A DNA stretch of 63,796 nt, counting the filler, from Conidiobolus incongruus B7586 (Eukaryota): the NCBI GenBank assembly GCA_000697335.1. It is 13 parts of 13 records of this genome, joined end to end, with 100 filler letters (N's around TTAATTAATTAA, not from the genome) between each part and the next. Parts side by side here need not be neighbours in the genome. Positions count along the whole stretch, not along the records: positions 62,776 to 63,796 come from JNEM01005832.1; 12 more parts are not named here. The stretch is one strand, 5' to 3'. The translations under genes were made by a program, and so were the position numbers. Within the stretch, counting starts at the first letter, position 1; each line of letters opens with the position of its first letter. Below, piece after piece: positions 62,947-63,796 of this stretch. The notes below the pieces were generated by a model. It did no database searches and was not told where the DNA came from. It saw only the letters and a list, made by a program, of their open reading frames with translations.

Positions 62947-63796
62947 TAACTATATAAAAATATTAATTAATATTAATATTTTTATATATACTTTATATTA
63001 AAATAAATACCATTTATATTTTAAAAAGAAATATCTTTAACTAAAAAATTTTTATTAAAAAGTTAAATAGAAGTTTAAATATCATTATTAAAGTTAAACT
63101 AAAATTAGCTAAAATAAGGTTATTTTATCTAATAAAATAAAGATATATTTTAATAAATTTAGTAAAAAAACTAGATATTTCAAAAAAGATAAAGAATTAC
63201 TTTATGGCTATTATGCTATTATAGCCTAAAAATATAATGATAGGTTAATTATAGTTTAGAGATATATGTTATCTTTAAGTATAAGGTATTATTATAAAGT
63301 TTATAGGGGAATTAATACTAAGATATATTAAAATATTTTACATAATAATTTAAAAAATAATAAATAATAATAGAATAAATAAATTAAATATTATTTTCCA
63401 ATAAGATAATGCTTTTTATTATACTATAAATTATATTATTAAATGGCTTAGAAATAAAAAATTAACTATTATAAAATAGCCTTGTTAATCTTTTAATTTT
63501 AATTAAATATTTTTAAGATCAATTAAAAAAAATTAATTAAAACTTTCCCCCTATCAAAAAATTTAAATTAATTTTAAAAATATATTTAAGAAGCTTAGAA
63601 TAATATTAGTTTTACCTAATATAAGAAGCTAGTTGACTTTATACCTTATAAACTCAAAAAGATAAGAAAAACAAAAGATAGATATATTAGATATTAATTT
63701 TTCTATCCATATTAAAACCTACTAATTTATAACTTAACTTAGATATATTTTTAATATTATTATATCAATTAATAATTAAATAAATTTAACTTTATA
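62947..63796 (+). mobile_element. Tc1 transposase relic (C-terminal two-thirds), running off the window
   Basis: Colinear with ~23100-23900; relic motif TTC CAA TAA GAT AAT GCT (FQQDNA). Confidence 0.85.

Overview
Very AT-rich eukaryotic DNA with short GT-AG introns. By gene content and style it is fungal, probably an early-diverging lineage (Conidiobolus/Entomophthoromycotina-like is an inference, not proven). The window consists of 13 contigs joined by twelve identical 100-nt spacers (N44-TTAATTAATTAA-N44), so adjacency across spacers is uncertain. Genes: a PHO80/Pcl-type cyclin, a secreted kelch membrane protein, a membrane-tethered bZIP factor, acyl-CoA oxidase, CHD1, D-amino-acid oxidase, AHA1, cytochrome b5, a Cyk3/KY-like transglutaminase-fold protein, LETM1/MDM38, an F-box/LRR-like protein, DNAJC11, two pieces of compact WGR-PARP genes, tRNA-Phe(GAA), tRNA-Arg(ACG) and a candidate C/D snoRNA. 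Repeats: many nested relics of an IR-DR Tc1 (DD34E) transposon and of a chromodomain Ty3/Gypsy retrotransposon, including a solo LTR with TSD. All repeats are heavily eroded by C>T/G>A transitions (RIP-like). Most interesting: intronless prokaryote/phage-style WGR-PARP genes apparently in tandem; RIP-like hypermutation with broad dinucleotide context; a CREB3/ATF6-like ER-anchored bZIP; an AHA1 last intron whose retention yields a tail-anchored Hsp90 activator; and a PTS2+Cys presequence on the acyl-CoA oxidase.
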